A stretch of DNA of 64,000 nucleotides from Clostridia bacterium (GTDB lineage Bacteria > Bacillota > Clostridia > Acetivibrionales > DSM-27016). This document shows, one piece after another, positions 30,610 to 41,306 of this stretch. The position numbers and the translations under genes are program-made. Location of the stretch: contig JAOAIJ010000047.1 of the NCBI GenBank assembly GCA_026414765.1, positions 27,297 to 91,296 of the forward strand, in the 5' to 3' direction. The notes beneath the pieces were generated by a model that made no database searches, was not told the origin of the DNA, and saw nothing but the letters and a program-made list of their open reading frames with translations. Numbering within the stretch: position 1 is the stretch's first letter; the number at the start of each line of letters is the position of its first letter.

Positions 30610-33600
30610 TCATATACCCATCATAGCACATAATTTGTTATAGTACTCGTATTCAAGCTTAATTGCACGATCCAGCTTTTCAGTACATGTTAAGAATGTT
30701 TCCCTCTTATAACGCGATGTATATAAAAGTCTTGCGATCCTTGCCCTTATGAAACTCAGAAGATCTATGCACTCCAGAATAATTCCCTCGATTTCGGAGT
30801 AGTTTGTAACCAGTCTGGAATTTCTGTAGTTCATTGCCTGTTTTGCATTTATCAAGTTGTTAAGCAGTTCCAGCACCAGTGCAGCACTTTCTTTGATTGC
30901 TCCTTCATCCGCTGCAGCTGCTTCAAACTGCTTATAAAACTCTTCATAATACTTGAAACTGTTGAATACTTCATTTTTCACTTCAATAAAGTTGGCTTTG
31001 AAGCTGTGCAAATCATCCTCGTCTTCAATATCAGCCAAACCTTCAATTGAGCTGAATTCATAATAACTTGGGAACTCAGTTTTGTCATGAACCTTCATGG
31101 ATGCAAACTCGATTTCAGAAATATCGATGTTTCTGAAATTCTCCAGGAAGCCATTATATGCATTAACCAAATCCGAATAGCCTATAGTACGTTTTTCATA
31201 AACAAGGCTTCCTGAATGGCGATGCTCCAGTATATCAAAGGTTTTTTCCCTCTCATTAAACCCATAAATCAAAAGGCAATGAGGCCAGTGTGTTTTTTGG
31301 TATGTGTCCTTCCTTATGGATTCATAAAAACAGTCTACACAAACGATAACAAGCTTGTCTGCAGAAATCGCCCTGACTATATCCTGGGTCAGAGTGCTGG
31401 TGTACGGCTTTGATTCTACATGTATCCCAAGCCTTTCCGATACTTCAAAAATTGGGGTTTTCATTAAGTACCCTACATTTACTCCTTCTACCCCCATATA
31501 TTCCCTGTTTCCGTATATACCGATTTCATTTGCCATGTAGGAAAGCACAGATTTGTTAAAATGCCTCACTACCGGAAAAAGTGCACTATAAAAGCATCCC
31601 CTATAAATTATTTCATTAAATGGCTCGACACTATCCAATACCTTCAATTCATCTGAAGAACCGGTTTGTTTGACACTGCTTGCAGTCACCTTATCTTCTG
31701 ACGCCTTCTCTTCAAAGGCTTTAATGTTGTCATCATCACTGCTTTCTGTTTTCTGTACAATATCACTTGCATTTTCCCCTTTATCCAGGTATTCAGCCAA
31801 TTCATATATTGTAGGATGGCTGTTAATATCCGAATATTCTATTATCAGGTTGCTTTTCTCCATTTCAGTTTCCATTCGTACTGCAAGTAATGAATTTCCT
31901 CCCATAGCAAAGAAATCATCATTAATGTCTATTTCCTCCATCCCAAGGAGAGTACCCCAAATCTGCCCTATTATCCTTTCTGTACCGGTATAGTTGCCGT
32001 CTCCTCTTCCTTTAAGCTTTACGTCAGCAAGCTGTGTATTGGATTTTGCTATATTGTTATTCCCTGCTCTGTCTTTTAGTCTTTTTACCGCAGCTGATAT
32101 TTCCGTTGAGATTTTAAAAGGCAGCTCGGTTTCATTTTGGAAAACTTCATGCCCATAATCCGGTTCAGCTATAACTATTCTTCCTACATTCCTGCCAAGT
32201 ACTTCTTCAAAAGCACTTAATGCGTCAGCAGTTGAAATCGTCTTGAATATGTCATCCTTATCAGCCCCAAATTCAACAGCCATTCCGGTTTCCTTCCATG
32301 CAGGCCAATTGATTGTTATTGTCCTTTTTCCTTGCTTGTTCCTGTAGAAACTGAATGAATCCAGGTATGAATTTGCAGCTGTATAGTCCCCCTGCCCGGC
32401 CCCGCCCAATATGGATGCAATGGATGAGAATGATATAAAGAAATCCATCTCTTCACTCCGGGTCAGGTTGTCCAATATCCATGCTCCGTCCATCTTAGGA
32501 TTAATAACGCTTTTGAACGTATCTTCACTCCTATTTATAATAAAACCATTACCTGCTACTCCGGCAGCGTGTATGATGCCGCTTACCCTGCCATATTTCC
32601 CTCTCAGCTCATCTATCAGGACTTTCATAGCATCAAAGTTTGTTACATCAGCACTGCAGCATACAATACTTGCTCCGGAAGCCTCCATCGCCTTTATAGC
32701 TTCAATCTGCTTACAAACCTTCCTGTTTTCATTCTTTGAAAGTATACCGTCCCAGTCCTCCCTCTCCGGGAATTGTGAACGGCTAACAAGGCATAAGTTA
32801 ACTTTTCCTTTCGACGATAGATATTTACCGATTTCCAGACCTAATCCGCCCATACCTCCCGTTATCAGATAGATACCTTCAGCTTTTATTTCGCAGCTGA
32901 CCGCTGCTTTCTCTTCAATATCCATCCTCCGGAACATTTCTATATATCTCTTTCCATTCCTATAGGCAGCCATATACTTTTTACTATCAGATTTAATTTC
33001 ATTAAGAAGATCATCCGCACAAGTATTTTTATCTATGTCCAGACACCTTAAGCTCAATTTGTCATTTTCAGCACCGACAACCTTCCCAATGCCCATGAAA
33101 GCGGCATTATAAGGGTTTATAGCTTCTTCCTCCCCATTAACTTCACTTGCATAATCAGAAATCAATAGCATCTGCAAATTATTTTTAAGTTTTTTGCTTG
33201 ATACCGTCTTAGCTATATAGTACATGCTGAATAATCCATTTTTCTTTTTGCTTTGCAGACTCTCAAAAGTTTCCTTCTCAACAGTTCCGTAAATATTAAG
33301 CATATGTACGATTTTTGAGTATTCATGGATGTTTATGTCTTCGATTAACTTATTGTAGTCTTCTTGTATTCCTTGGATAACAAACCTGTTTTCACCGGTT
33401 TTCTGATACTTGTCTCCAAGTTCTACTTCCGTTACACTGGCACCTGAATCTTTCAATGATTTTACCAGCTCATCTGCAGTCTGAACTTTACTTTTTAATA
33501 CAAGTATTTTCAATCCAGAAATATCTTGCTCTCCGGCTTTCAGATCCTCCTGTACCCAACTCATTTCATAATAAGGACTGCCTTTTCCTGATAATTTTCT

Positions 33601-36471
33601 GAATGTACTGGCCGCTTCATTCACTCTTTTAACTGTATAATCTTCAACTTCTGCAAAAACCAAACCGTCTTCCGTCATCAGAGTGACATCGAAAGTCAAA
33701 CTTTCCGGATTTTCCTGTTTAGGAGACCGTCTCCTCAGATGGCTGTAGAGTTTTCCCGGAGTTGATCCATATGTTTTTAGAACTTTGTAGGTCAGAGGAA
33801 GATAGAGTCCTTCACCAATACTTGTATTAGCCATGTTAATGGCATTATCCATCAGGGAAGGATGCAGCCTGTACTCGTCCAGATCTTTAATAAATTCTGC
33901 CGGAAGCTCAAAGTAACCAAGTGTTTCATTATCACCGATATATGCTTTTCTTCCGCTATTCCACCTTGGTCCGAATCCAAAAGGCCCATTATCATCATTA
34001 CTGTCGCTGATAATTTCCGTGGAACATCTGGCTTTGATTTCGCTGATGTCTACTCTTTTTGCTCCTTCCTGTGTGCCTACCGAAACACTGCCTTCTGCGT
34101 GTTTAGCCCAGTTTCCATCCAAATCCTTGCTTGCGACAATAAAATCAAGATGTCCATCATAAGGCTTGACAATAGTCTGTACTTCCTTCTGCTCCCCTTC
34201 GTTTACTACCAGAGGTGTAATAAAAATAACATTTTTCAGCACTAAGTTTTTGTCCTGGTAGAATTCACTGCTCGCTTCTATAGCCATTTCCAGGTATGTA
34301 GTCCCCGGAACCACGTAATTACCTATTACTCTGTGGTCACTGAGAACCCAATGACGCTTGACCTCAAAATAAGTGGTGAAAATATGACTATCAAATGATT
34401 CCAAATGTTCATCGTACAGAGGATATTTACTTTTGGCATGATCTTTTTGTGTACCGAAAATCATATCACCAAATTCCCTGGGGTTAGCCCACAGCCTTAC
34501 TCGCTCAAAAGGGTATGCAGGCAGCGATACACGTTTGAGTTTTTTGCCTTTGTAAAGGTTATCCCAATCAATTTCAGCTCCCTCTACATAAAGCCTGCTT
34601 AATTCATACAGATCATTTTCAGTGTATGATTCACTTCCGGAAATCCTCTGAATGAGGTTTGATGCCGAAAGGGTTATTCTCCCCATTTGTTCTTCTGTGA
34701 TCCCGGCAGCATCAGATGATTTTTTACCACTTTGCGTAATTTTGTGCTGTCCGAAGAAAACACCGTTTTCATTTGATTTATTGAATCCGTGTTGAGCTAT
34801 GTGAGAAATTTTCTCTTTCAGTTCATCAAAGCTGCCGGCTACTATAGCAATCCTATAAGAAAAGTGTCCTCTCCCGGTATTTGCAGTGAAGCATACATTT
34901 TTCAAGTTGTTATTAGCATTTTTACTGAAGAAATCTGTATATTTTTTTACGTAATCTTCAAGTACATTTTCACTTCTAGCTGATATAGTGAATATTTGAG
35001 GTTTGCCGTCTATGACCGCCTCTGCACTTTTTTCAACTTCGGGGGCCTCTTCAAGAATAATGTGGCAGTTTGTTCCGCTGAAACCGAAGGAGCTCACTCC
35101 TGCTCTCCTCGGAACATCACTTTTTTTCCATTCCCTGGTACTGTCGTTTACAAATATAGGGCTGTTACAAAAATCTATATACGGGTTCGGTTCATCAAAG
35201 TTAATTACAGCAGGAATTTTCTCTTTCTTCATTGCAAGTACTACTTTCATTAAAGATGCCGGACCTGAAGCTGCTACCAAGTGGCCTATATTCGGTTTTG
35301 CCGATCCTATACCGCAAAATTGCTTTTTATCCGTAAACCTTGCTAGCGCATTGGAAAGTCCTTTTATTTCAATCGGATCTCCGAGTACAGTACCCGTAGC
35401 ATGGGCTTCCACGTATGAAATAGTTTCCGGGTTTACTTTAGCATTTTTCCAGGCCTGTATGATCACTTCTTCCTGTGCCTCAGCGTTTGGAGCCGTTATC
35501 CCGTTTGAAGTGCCGTCGTTGTTTATCGCACTTCCTTTTATTACAGCATGAATATTATCTCCATCTTCGACAGCTTTGGACAAAGGTTTAAGGAACAGTA
35601 CTCCGACACCCTCACCCCATACGGTACCGTTTGCATTTTTATCGAATGTCCTGACTTTTGAATCCTTTGATTCCACCATGGACATATTGGTGTTCTCCCC
35701 ATTAATATTGGGACGCGATGCTATCTGAATACCACCTGCAAGTGCATAATCACACTCCTTGTTTTTTAGCGCCTTGCATGCTTCATGTATCGCGGTAGCA
35801 CCTGATGAACAAGCTGTATCTATAACCATTCCCGGCCCTTTAAAATCAAATGCATACGAAATTCTGGTAGCAAGTATGCCTGCCCATGAACCTGTCAGAT
35901 GCATCTGATCCTGTTCAGTTATAATACTGTAGATTGAAGAGTTTGTATTATCTCTCCCTACATATACCCCGGTATTTGTACCTTGTACCTTTTTTCCGCC
36001 GTAGCCTGCATCTTCAATAGCTTCCCATGCAGCTTCCATAAAAACCCTCTGCATCGGATCAATAAACTTTGCTTCTCTCGGGGGGATGTGGAAAAATCCT
36101 GCATCAAATTTATCTACTTCATCAAGATATCCTGATTCTATAAATTTAATCCTTTTATTACTTATATCTTCATCCTTAATATCTGCATTGATCATGGTTT
36201 TTCTTATAACCGTATTGGACAGTACTGTATAAAAATCTTCTTTCCTTTTTTCCGGCAAATCTCTGATTGAAACAACCCCATTTATCAGGTTGTTCCAGAA
36301 TTCTTCAGGGTTATCGGCTTGTGGAAATCTGCAGGCCATACCAATAATCGCAATATCATCGTCTGCTCTTGAAGGCTTTGTTTTTAACTCCAGCAACATA
36401 CTTTTAGCTTCTTCCTGGGATAGTTTATTAGAAGCTACCTGCTTAATAATATAGTTTTTTGTTTTTTCCAT
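30610..36471 (-). CDS. trans-AT type I PKS, terminal module: KS-DH-KR-T plus a C-terminal BtrH_N/DUF4872-like Cys/His domain
   Basis: KS: DTACSSGATAIH, EAHATGT, PNIGH. DH: HWVLSDHRVIGNYVVPGT, HPSLMD. KR: GIYLITGGMGGLGLEIG, GDYTAAN. T: FFAMGGNSLLAV. No AT domain. 346 extra aa follow the T domain. Confidence 0.9.
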   Translation of the reverse strand: MEKTKNYIIKQVASNKLSQEEAKSMLLELKTKPSRADDDIAIIGMACRFPQADNPEEFWNNLINGVVSIRDLPEKRKEDFYTVLSNTVIRKTMINADIKDEDISNKRIKFIESGYLDEVDKFDAGFFHIPPREAKFIDPMQRVFMEAAWEAIEDAGYGGKKVQGTNTGVYVGRDNTNSSIYSIITEQDQMHLTGSWAGILATRISYAFDFKGPGMVIDTACSSGATAIHEACKALKNKECDYALAGGIQIASRPNINGENTNMSMVESKDSKVRTFDKNANGTVWGEGVGVLFLKPLSKAVEDGDNIHAVIKGSAINNDGTSNGITAPNAEAQEEVIIQAWKNAKVNPETISYVEAHATGTVLGDPIEIKGLSNALARFTDKKQFCGIGSAKPNIGHLVAASGPASLMKVVLAMKKEKIPAVINFDEPNPYIDFCNSPIFVNDSTREWKKSDVPRRAGVSSFGFSGTNCHIILEEAPEVEKSAEAVIDGKPQIFTISARSENVLEDYVKKYTDFFSKNANNNLKNVCFTANTGRGHFSYRIAIVAGSFDELKEKISHIAQHGFNKSNENGVFFGQHKITQSGKKSSDAAGITEEQMGRITLSASNLIQRISGSESYTENDLYELSRLYVEGAEIDWDNLYKGKKLKRVSLPAYPFERVRLWANPREFGDMIFGTQKDHAKSKYPLYDEHLESFDSHIFTTYFEVKRHWVLSDHRVIGNYVVPGTTYLEMAIEASSEFYQDKNLVLKNVIFITPLVVNEGEQKEVQTIVKPYDGHLDFIVASKDLDGNWAKHAEGSVSVGTQEGAKRVDISEIKARCSTEIISDSNDDNGPFGFGPRWNSGRKAYIGDNETLGYFELPAEFIKDLDEYRLHPSLMDNAINMANTSIGEGLYLPLTYKVLKTYGSTPGKLYSHLRRRSPKQENPESLTFDVTLMTEDGLVFAEVEDYTVKRVNEAASTFRKLSGKGSPYYEMSWVQEDLKAGEQDISGLKILVLKSKVQTADELVKSLKDSGASVTEVELGDKYQKTGENRFVIQGIQEDYNKLIEDINIHEYSKIVHMLNIYGTVEKETFESLQSKKKNGLFSMYYIAKTVSSKKLKNNLQMLLISDYASEVNGEEEAINPYNAAFMGIGKVVGAENDKLSLRCLDIDKNTCADDLLNEIKSDSKKYMAAYRNGKRYIEMFRRMDIEEKAAVSCEIKAEGIYLITGGMGGLGLEIGKYLSSKGKVNLCLVSRSQFPEREDWDGILSKNENRKVCKQIEAIKAMEASGASIVCCSADVTNFDAMKVLIDELRGKYGRVSGIIHAAGVAGNGFIINRSEDTFKSVINPKMDGAWILDNLTRSEEMDFFISFSSIASILGGAGQGDYTAANSYLDSFSFYRNKQGKRTITINWPAWKETGMAVEFGADKDDIFKTISTADALSAFEEVLGRNVGRIVIAEPDYGHEVFQNETELPFKISTEISAAVKRLKDRAGNNNIAKSNTQLADVKLKGRGDGNYTGTERIIGQIWGTLLGMEEIDINDDFFAMGGNSLLAVRMETEMEKSNLIIEYSDINSHPTIYELAEYLDKGENASDIVQKTESSDDDNIKAFEEKASEDKVTASSVKQTGSSDELKVLDSVEPFNEIIYRGCFYSALFPVVRHFNKSVLSYMANEIGIYGNREYMGVEGVNVGYLMKTPIFEVSERLGIHVESKPYTSTLTQDIVRAISADKLVIVCVDCFYESIRKDTYQKTHWPHCLLIYGFNEREKTFDILEHRHSGSLVYEKRTIGYSDLVNAYNGFLENFRNIDISEIEFASMKVHDKTEFPSYYEFSSIEGLADIEDEDDLHSFKANFIEVKNEVFNSFKYYEEFYKQFEAAAADEGAIKESAALVLELLNNLINAKQAMNYRNSRLVTNYSEIEGIILECIDLLSFIRARIARLLYTSRYKRETFLTCTEKLDRAIKLEYEYYNKLCAMMGI
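30613..31650 (-). other. C-terminal BtrH_N/DUF4872-like domain of the terminal PKS
   Basis: YRGCFYSAL (Cys codon 31594..31596), LVIVCVDCFYESIRKDTYQKTHWPHCLLIYGF, then a helical tail. Paralogous to ORF 46628..47818. No GxSxG, HHxxxDG or Rossmann motif. Confidence 0.55.
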
Positions 36472-36485
36472 TGTTATACATCCCC

Positions 36486-39400
36486 CTACTCCAAAAGTTT
36501 TTCAGCTTCTTCTACAGATATATCTCCGTCAGCAAGTCGTTTCAGCATAGCATCCAATTCCGCATCTATATCGCTGTCATCCTCCTCTATCCTTTCAAAT
36601 TCCTTTTTCTTGTTCATTTTGCTGTCAAGATATGCAGCCATATCACCTATTGTCGAGTAAGTAAATACATCTGAAATATCAACCAATCCGCCATACTCCT
36701 TCTGCATCTCTCTTAGGAGACGTGTCGAAAGAATCGAATCCCCGCCCAAATCGCTGAAGTTATCATATACATCAACTTCATTTATACCCAGAACCAATGC
36801 CCATAGCTTTGCAAGGCTGTGCTCTGTGTCCGTATAATCCTGGTTTATTTTCCCTTTGAGCACAATACTTATACTGCCTAAATCCTTACTGCTATGATCA
36901 GCTTTGTTGATACCGCTACCTTTTGTTTTCCCAAAATTACGCCTGATCTCGTCCGACAAAGCTATAGGCATGGTATCTTTAACAAGTTCTATTACCTTAT
37001 AATTGAGTTTAGCGGGGATGGCCCTGACTACAGCTGAATTTACCAGTTTTTCAAAAGCATTTATGCCTTCTCCGGTAGACACAGGTTTAAACAATGAATC
37101 CTCACTGACTGCATTATAGTCCACTGCCATACCTGTTTCACTCCATGCGGGCCAGTTTATTGCCAAAGCATTCTTCCCTTGTCTTGCCATGTACTGTGCA
37201 TAAGAATCCATAAATGCATTTGCAGCAGTATAATCTCCTTGACCTGGAGCTCCCGTAAGACTGGTAATAGATGAAAACATGATAAAAAAGTCCAGCTTGA
37301 AGTCTTCGGTCATTTTATCAAGAATACACGTTCCTGTCGTTTTTGGTACTAATACATTCCTAAATACACCGGTTTCTTTTTTAATAATAAAACCGTCTCC
37401 GGCCACACCGGCAGCATGAATTACTCCATTTACCGTCCCATACCGGCTTTTTATCTCAGAAATGGCACTTAGTACTGAATCCGGATTGGAGACATCAGCC
37501 GGATAGTGCAAAACTATAGAGCCTGTTTTTTCCATATCTAGGATGTCTGTTATCTTTTTACACAACTTGTAGTCATTATTAGCCTCAAGTATTTCTTCCC
37601 ACCGTTCCCGCTCAGGCAGCGCTGACCTTGTTATCATGCACAAGTTTACTTTTCCTTTTTCAGAAAGGTATCTCGCTACTTCAAGGCCTATACCTCCGGT
37701 GCCGCCTGTGATTATGTATACCCCCCCATTTTTAATTTCAATTTGTCTGGGAGCGAGATCTTTTTTATCTATAGCTCTGAATTCTTCCACATACCTTTTA
37801 CCGTCCCTATAAGCCACAAGCTGCGGATTATCCTGCGCTGCAAGCTCGCTTATGATGTTTTCGGCTTTGGTACTCTCATCTATATCTATGCATACACAGC
37901 TTATGTCCGGGTACTCCTGTTGTATTACTCTACCGAGACCAATAAATGCTGCGTTATGTGGACTAATCTGCTTTTCTGTTTTAGAAACCTCATAAGCATA
38001 GTCGCTTATCAGCGCTAGCCGTATATTGCCTGCTTTTAGATTCACTAACGCTTTTGTCAGATAAAACAGGCTATATACCCCTTTTTCCATCTTCACTTCG
38101 TTTTCTTCTAGACCTCCGCTTTCATCCCTTGATTCAAGTGAAAACATGTGAATGACATGAGATACTTTCTCCGGCAGTTCTGATACCAGGCGAATATAGT
38201 CTTCTTCTGTAAAACCGATTGAATATCTGCATTCATCTATCTTCTCAAAGCAGCTTCCAATCTCAGCACAGTATACCTTTAGGCCTTGGTTTTTCAATTG
38301 TTCCGCCACTTCCGTGCCTCTTTTACCCTTTTCTGTAAACACAAGAACTGCATTGCCGCTTATTTTGCCGGCTATATCTTCAAGAAGCTTTTCATTCCAC
38401 CCTATTTCAAAATAATCCAATACTTTTGACTTATTAGCATTACCGAACTCTGTACTATGTACCTTCTTCACCGTATAGTCTTCTGCTACAGCTATAACAT
38501 TACCTTCAGTATCCAGTATTGATATATCGAAGCATCCGGTTTCACTGTTTTCCTTAAATTCGTTTTTCCTCGATATGTAACTGTATATACAAGCAGGCAG
38601 CCTGTCATATATTTTTAATTTTTTATATGAAAGCGGCAGGTAAAGTCCTTGTCCGATAGTACCGTTACACATGTTTACGGCACTATCCAGCAAAGCCGGA
38701 TGCATGTAGTACTCTTCAAGATCTTTAATATACTCCCTGGGTAATTCCATGTAAGCCAGTATTTCGTCTTCCGCCAGGTGTGCATATTTGAAGTTTTTAA
38801 ACCTTGGCCCTGTCTCTACACCATCGGGTTCTTCTTCTATATCACTTAACTCTTCTATTTTAGAAAACTTTTTCTTTAGCTCCTCAATATCAATTTTATC
38901 CGGCCGTTTTCCTTCAGTTACGAAAAACCGCCCCTCAGAATGTTTTCTCCAGCCTTCTTCTGCCTCTGATTTGCTTATTACCGAAAATTCATAGTATCCA
39001 TTATCCTTTTTCACGACAGTCTGGGCCTCCACTTCCATGCCCTCCTGTGCGGCCAATGGAGCTAAAAACACTACTTCGTTCATTTCAATAACATCACTGC
39101 TGCCAGATCTGTATCCTCTTGCTATCTGGCTTGCTATCTCAATGTGAGTGGTACCCGGAACTACATATGTCCCCGCTACCTTGTGCTCACTCAATACCCA
39201 ATGCTTTTCCACACTGAAATTTGTAGCATAAATATCTATTTCCATAGAATTCGCCAAGCATGTATCCAAAACCGGGTGTCCAATGTTCCCGTAACTGTGT
39301 TTGACTGCCTTCTCATGCGCTTTCCCAGGATCAACCCAATGCTTTTCTTTTAGGAACGGATAAACCGGCAGGCTTACCTTTTTATATTTTGAAGAGTGGT

Positions 39401-41294
39401 AAATCTTTTTCCAATCAATCTCCCCACCTTTAATATAGAGTCTGGCAAGCTCCTCCAGGTTAATTCTGTATTCTTCGGTATTTGCACACCTTCCAGCCTG
39501 TCCGGCTAAGTTATCCGCCTTCAAATTCAAATCTTTCAATTCATCAGAAGTGATTTCGCCATCTAATTTGTTTTGCTTGGAAGCAGATACTATTTTATGC
39601 TCTCCCAGCAGTATTCCTTTCTCATTTATATTTACAAGACCGGTATTTTTTATTAATCCGATTTTACTTTTCAGGTCCTCCATGTTTTCTGCAATCACTG
39701 CAAGCCGCAAGTTATAGTGCCCTCTGCCTGTATTTGCCGTATAGCAAATATTTCTGATTTCGCTTTCTTCCTTATCCAGGTATCCGCTGTACAAATCAAC
39801 CAGCTTGCTTAAAGACTCTCTATTTCTTGCTGATAAAGACAGTATTTGAGGTTTTTCCCCTTCAACAGATTCTTTCAGTTCATTTTTATTTTTATATTCT
39901 TCAAGTATAAGATGACAGTTTGTACCGCTTAATCCAAAAGAACTTATTCCGCATCTTCTGGGAAAACCTTCTGTTTGCCACTTGCTCAACCTGTCATTTA
40001 CATATACAGGAGAATCCTCGAAAGCTATTTTACGATTCGGCTTTTGAAAATGCAAACACGCTGGTATTTCTCCGTTTTTCAAAGCCATAACCGACTTTAT
40101 TAATGCAGCTATGCCGGCGGCATGATCCAGATGTCCGATATTAGTCTTTACAGATGCTACTGCGCAGAATTGTTTTTTTTGCGTGTAATTCTCAAAAGCT
40201 CTCTTAATGCCTGTTATTTCTATAGGATCGCCAAGCTTTGTTCCCGTACCGTGTGCTTCGATGTATGTAATTGTTTCAGGATCAATGCCCGCGTCCTTCC
40301 ATGCCCTGAGTATTACTTCTTCCTGTGCCGCCATATTTGGTGCAGTTATGCCCACAGAACTCCCATCCTGATTTGCAGCACTCCCCTTTATTACGGCATA
40401 AATGTGGTCACCATCTTCGACAGCTTTATTTAGCGGTTTTAGCAATACTGCTCCTACACCTTCCCCAACACCGGTGCCGTCTGAACTGTCATCAAATGTC
40501 TTTGCCCTTCCGGTAGAAGAACCAATTCCAATATTTCCTTGCCCGCTTTTTTCACGTACAGGGACAACTAAAACTTTTACAGATCCTGCAATAGCATAAT
40601 CACATTCTCCGTTTCTTATTGCCTGACATGCCGTATGTACAGCTACAAGTGCTGATGAACAAGCAGTGTCTATCATAACACTTGGCCCTTTCAAATCCAG
40701 CAGGTAAGATATTCTGCTACCGATAATAGATCTTATGTTTCCGGTTACAGCAGCTTCGTCGTTGGTGTCAGTTACCATCCTGCTGTATCTTTTATATTCC
40801 TCTCCAAAGTCGGAGCTGTAGCCTACATACACTCCTGTCCTTGTTCCTGAAAGTGTTTTTCCGCCATAACCTGCATCTTCTATTGCTTCCCATACAACTT
40901 CAAGAAGCAAACGTTGGTTGGGATCCATTAAGTCAGCCTCTTTAGGGGAAATATTGAACATAGAACAATCAAAGTTGTCTATCCTTTTCATATATGCAGC
41001 ATCAATAAATTCAAACTCTTCCTTTGGAACTCCGAGCCTCTCCAAAGATTTTATATATGCTTCCCCTACTTTTTTCCTTTCATTTGAAACCCCGGAGATA
41101 AAATCGCTTCCTTCTTTTATACCCTCCCAAAAATCCTGTGCATTTTCTGCCCAACCAAACCTGCCTGACAAACCTACTATAGCTATGTCACGCTTTGATA
41201 TATTCTCTATCTGAAATCGCGGCTTGGCAGCATCGCCGCTACTTCTTATACCTTTTACACTTAACAGTTTTTCCACCTTTACCCCTCCAGTCAA
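36486..41294 (-). CDS. trans-AT type I PKS: KS-DH-KR-T
   Basis: KS: DTACSSALVAVH, EAHGTGT, TNIGH. DH: HWVLSEHKVAGTYVVPGT, HPALLD. KR: GVYIITGGTGGIGLEVA, GDYTAAN. T: FSDLGGDSILSTRL. The track start is TTG; a GTG at 41276 lies 5 nt after GGAGGGG. Confidence 0.9.
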   Translation of the reverse strand: MTGGVKVEKLLSVKGIRSSGDAAKPRFQIENISKRDIAIVGLSGRFGWAENAQDFWEGIKEGSDFISGVSNERKKVGEAYIKSLERLGVPKEEFEFIDAAYMKRIDNFDCSMFNISPKEADLMDPNQRLLLEVVWEAIEDAGYGGKTLSGTRTGVYVGYSSDFGEEYKRYSRMVTDTNDEAAVTGNIRSIIGSRISYLLDLKGPSVMIDTACSSALVAVHTACQAIRNGECDYAIAGSVKVLVVPVREKSGQGNIGIGSSTGRAKTFDDSSDGTGVGEGVGAVLLKPLNKAVEDGDHIYAVIKGSAANQDGSSVGITAPNMAAQEEVILRAWKDAGIDPETITYIEAHGTGTKLGDPIEITGIKRAFENYTQKKQFCAVASVKTNIGHLDHAAGIAALIKSVMALKNGEIPACLHFQKPNRKIAFEDSPVYVNDRLSKWQTEGFPRRCGISSFGLSGTNCHLILEEYKNKNELKESVEGEKPQILSLSARNRESLSKLVDLYSGYLDKEESEIRNICYTANTGRGHYNLRLAVIAENMEDLKSKIGLIKNTGLVNINEKGILLGEHKIVSASKQNKLDGEITSDELKDLNLKADNLAGQAGRCANTEEYRINLEELARLYIKGGEIDWKKIYHSSKYKKVSLPVYPFLKEKHWVDPGKAHEKAVKHSYGNIGHPVLDTCLANSMEIDIYATNFSVEKHWVLSEHKVAGTYVVPGTTHIEIASQIARGYRSGSSDVIEMNEVVFLAPLAAQEGMEVEAQTVVKKDNGYYEFSVISKSEAEEGWRKHSEGRFFVTEGKRPDKIDIEELKKKFSKIEELSDIEEEPDGVETGPRFKNFKYAHLAEDEILAYMELPREYIKDLEEYYMHPALLDSAVNMCNGTIGQGLYLPLSYKKLKIYDRLPACIYSYISRKNEFKENSETGCFDISILDTEGNVIAVAEDYTVKKVHSTEFGNANKSKVLDYFEIGWNEKLLEDIAGKISGNAVLVFTEKGKRGTEVAEQLKNQGLKVYCAEIGSCFEKIDECRYSIGFTEEDYIRLVSELPEKVSHVIHMFSLESRDESGGLEENEVKMEKGVYSLFYLTKALVNLKAGNIRLALISDYAYEVSKTEKQISPHNAAFIGLGRVIQQEYPDISCVCIDIDESTKAENIISELAAQDNPQLVAYRDGKRYVEEFRAIDKKDLAPRQIEIKNGGVYIITGGTGGIGLEVARYLSEKGKVNLCMITRSALPERERWEEILEANNDYKLCKKITDILDMEKTGSIVLHYPADVSNPDSVLSAISEIKSRYGTVNGVIHAAGVAGDGFIIKKETGVFRNVLVPKTTGTCILDKMTEDFKLDFFIMFSSITSLTGAPGQGDYTAANAFMDSYAQYMARQGKNALAINWPAWSETGMAVDYNAVSEDSLFKPVSTGEGINAFEKLVNSAVVRAIPAKLNYKVIELVKDTMPIALSDEIRRNFGKTKGSGINKADHSSKDLGSISIVLKGKINQDYTDTEHSLAKLWALVLGINEVDVYDNFSDLGGDSILSTRLLREMQKEYGGLVDISDVFTYSTIGDMAAYLDSKMNKKKEFERIEEDDSDIDAELDAMLKRLADGDISVEEAEKLLE

Positions 41295-41306
41295 ACAATC
41301 CTGTTT

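Noticed and set aside
30610-31650. Search for a conventional TE, R or terminal C release domain at the end of the line
   Set aside because: No GxSxG/GxH hydrolase signature, NAD(P)-binding GxGxxG or HHxxxDG motif occurs after the last T domain. The region was therefore reported as a BtrH-like domain instead.
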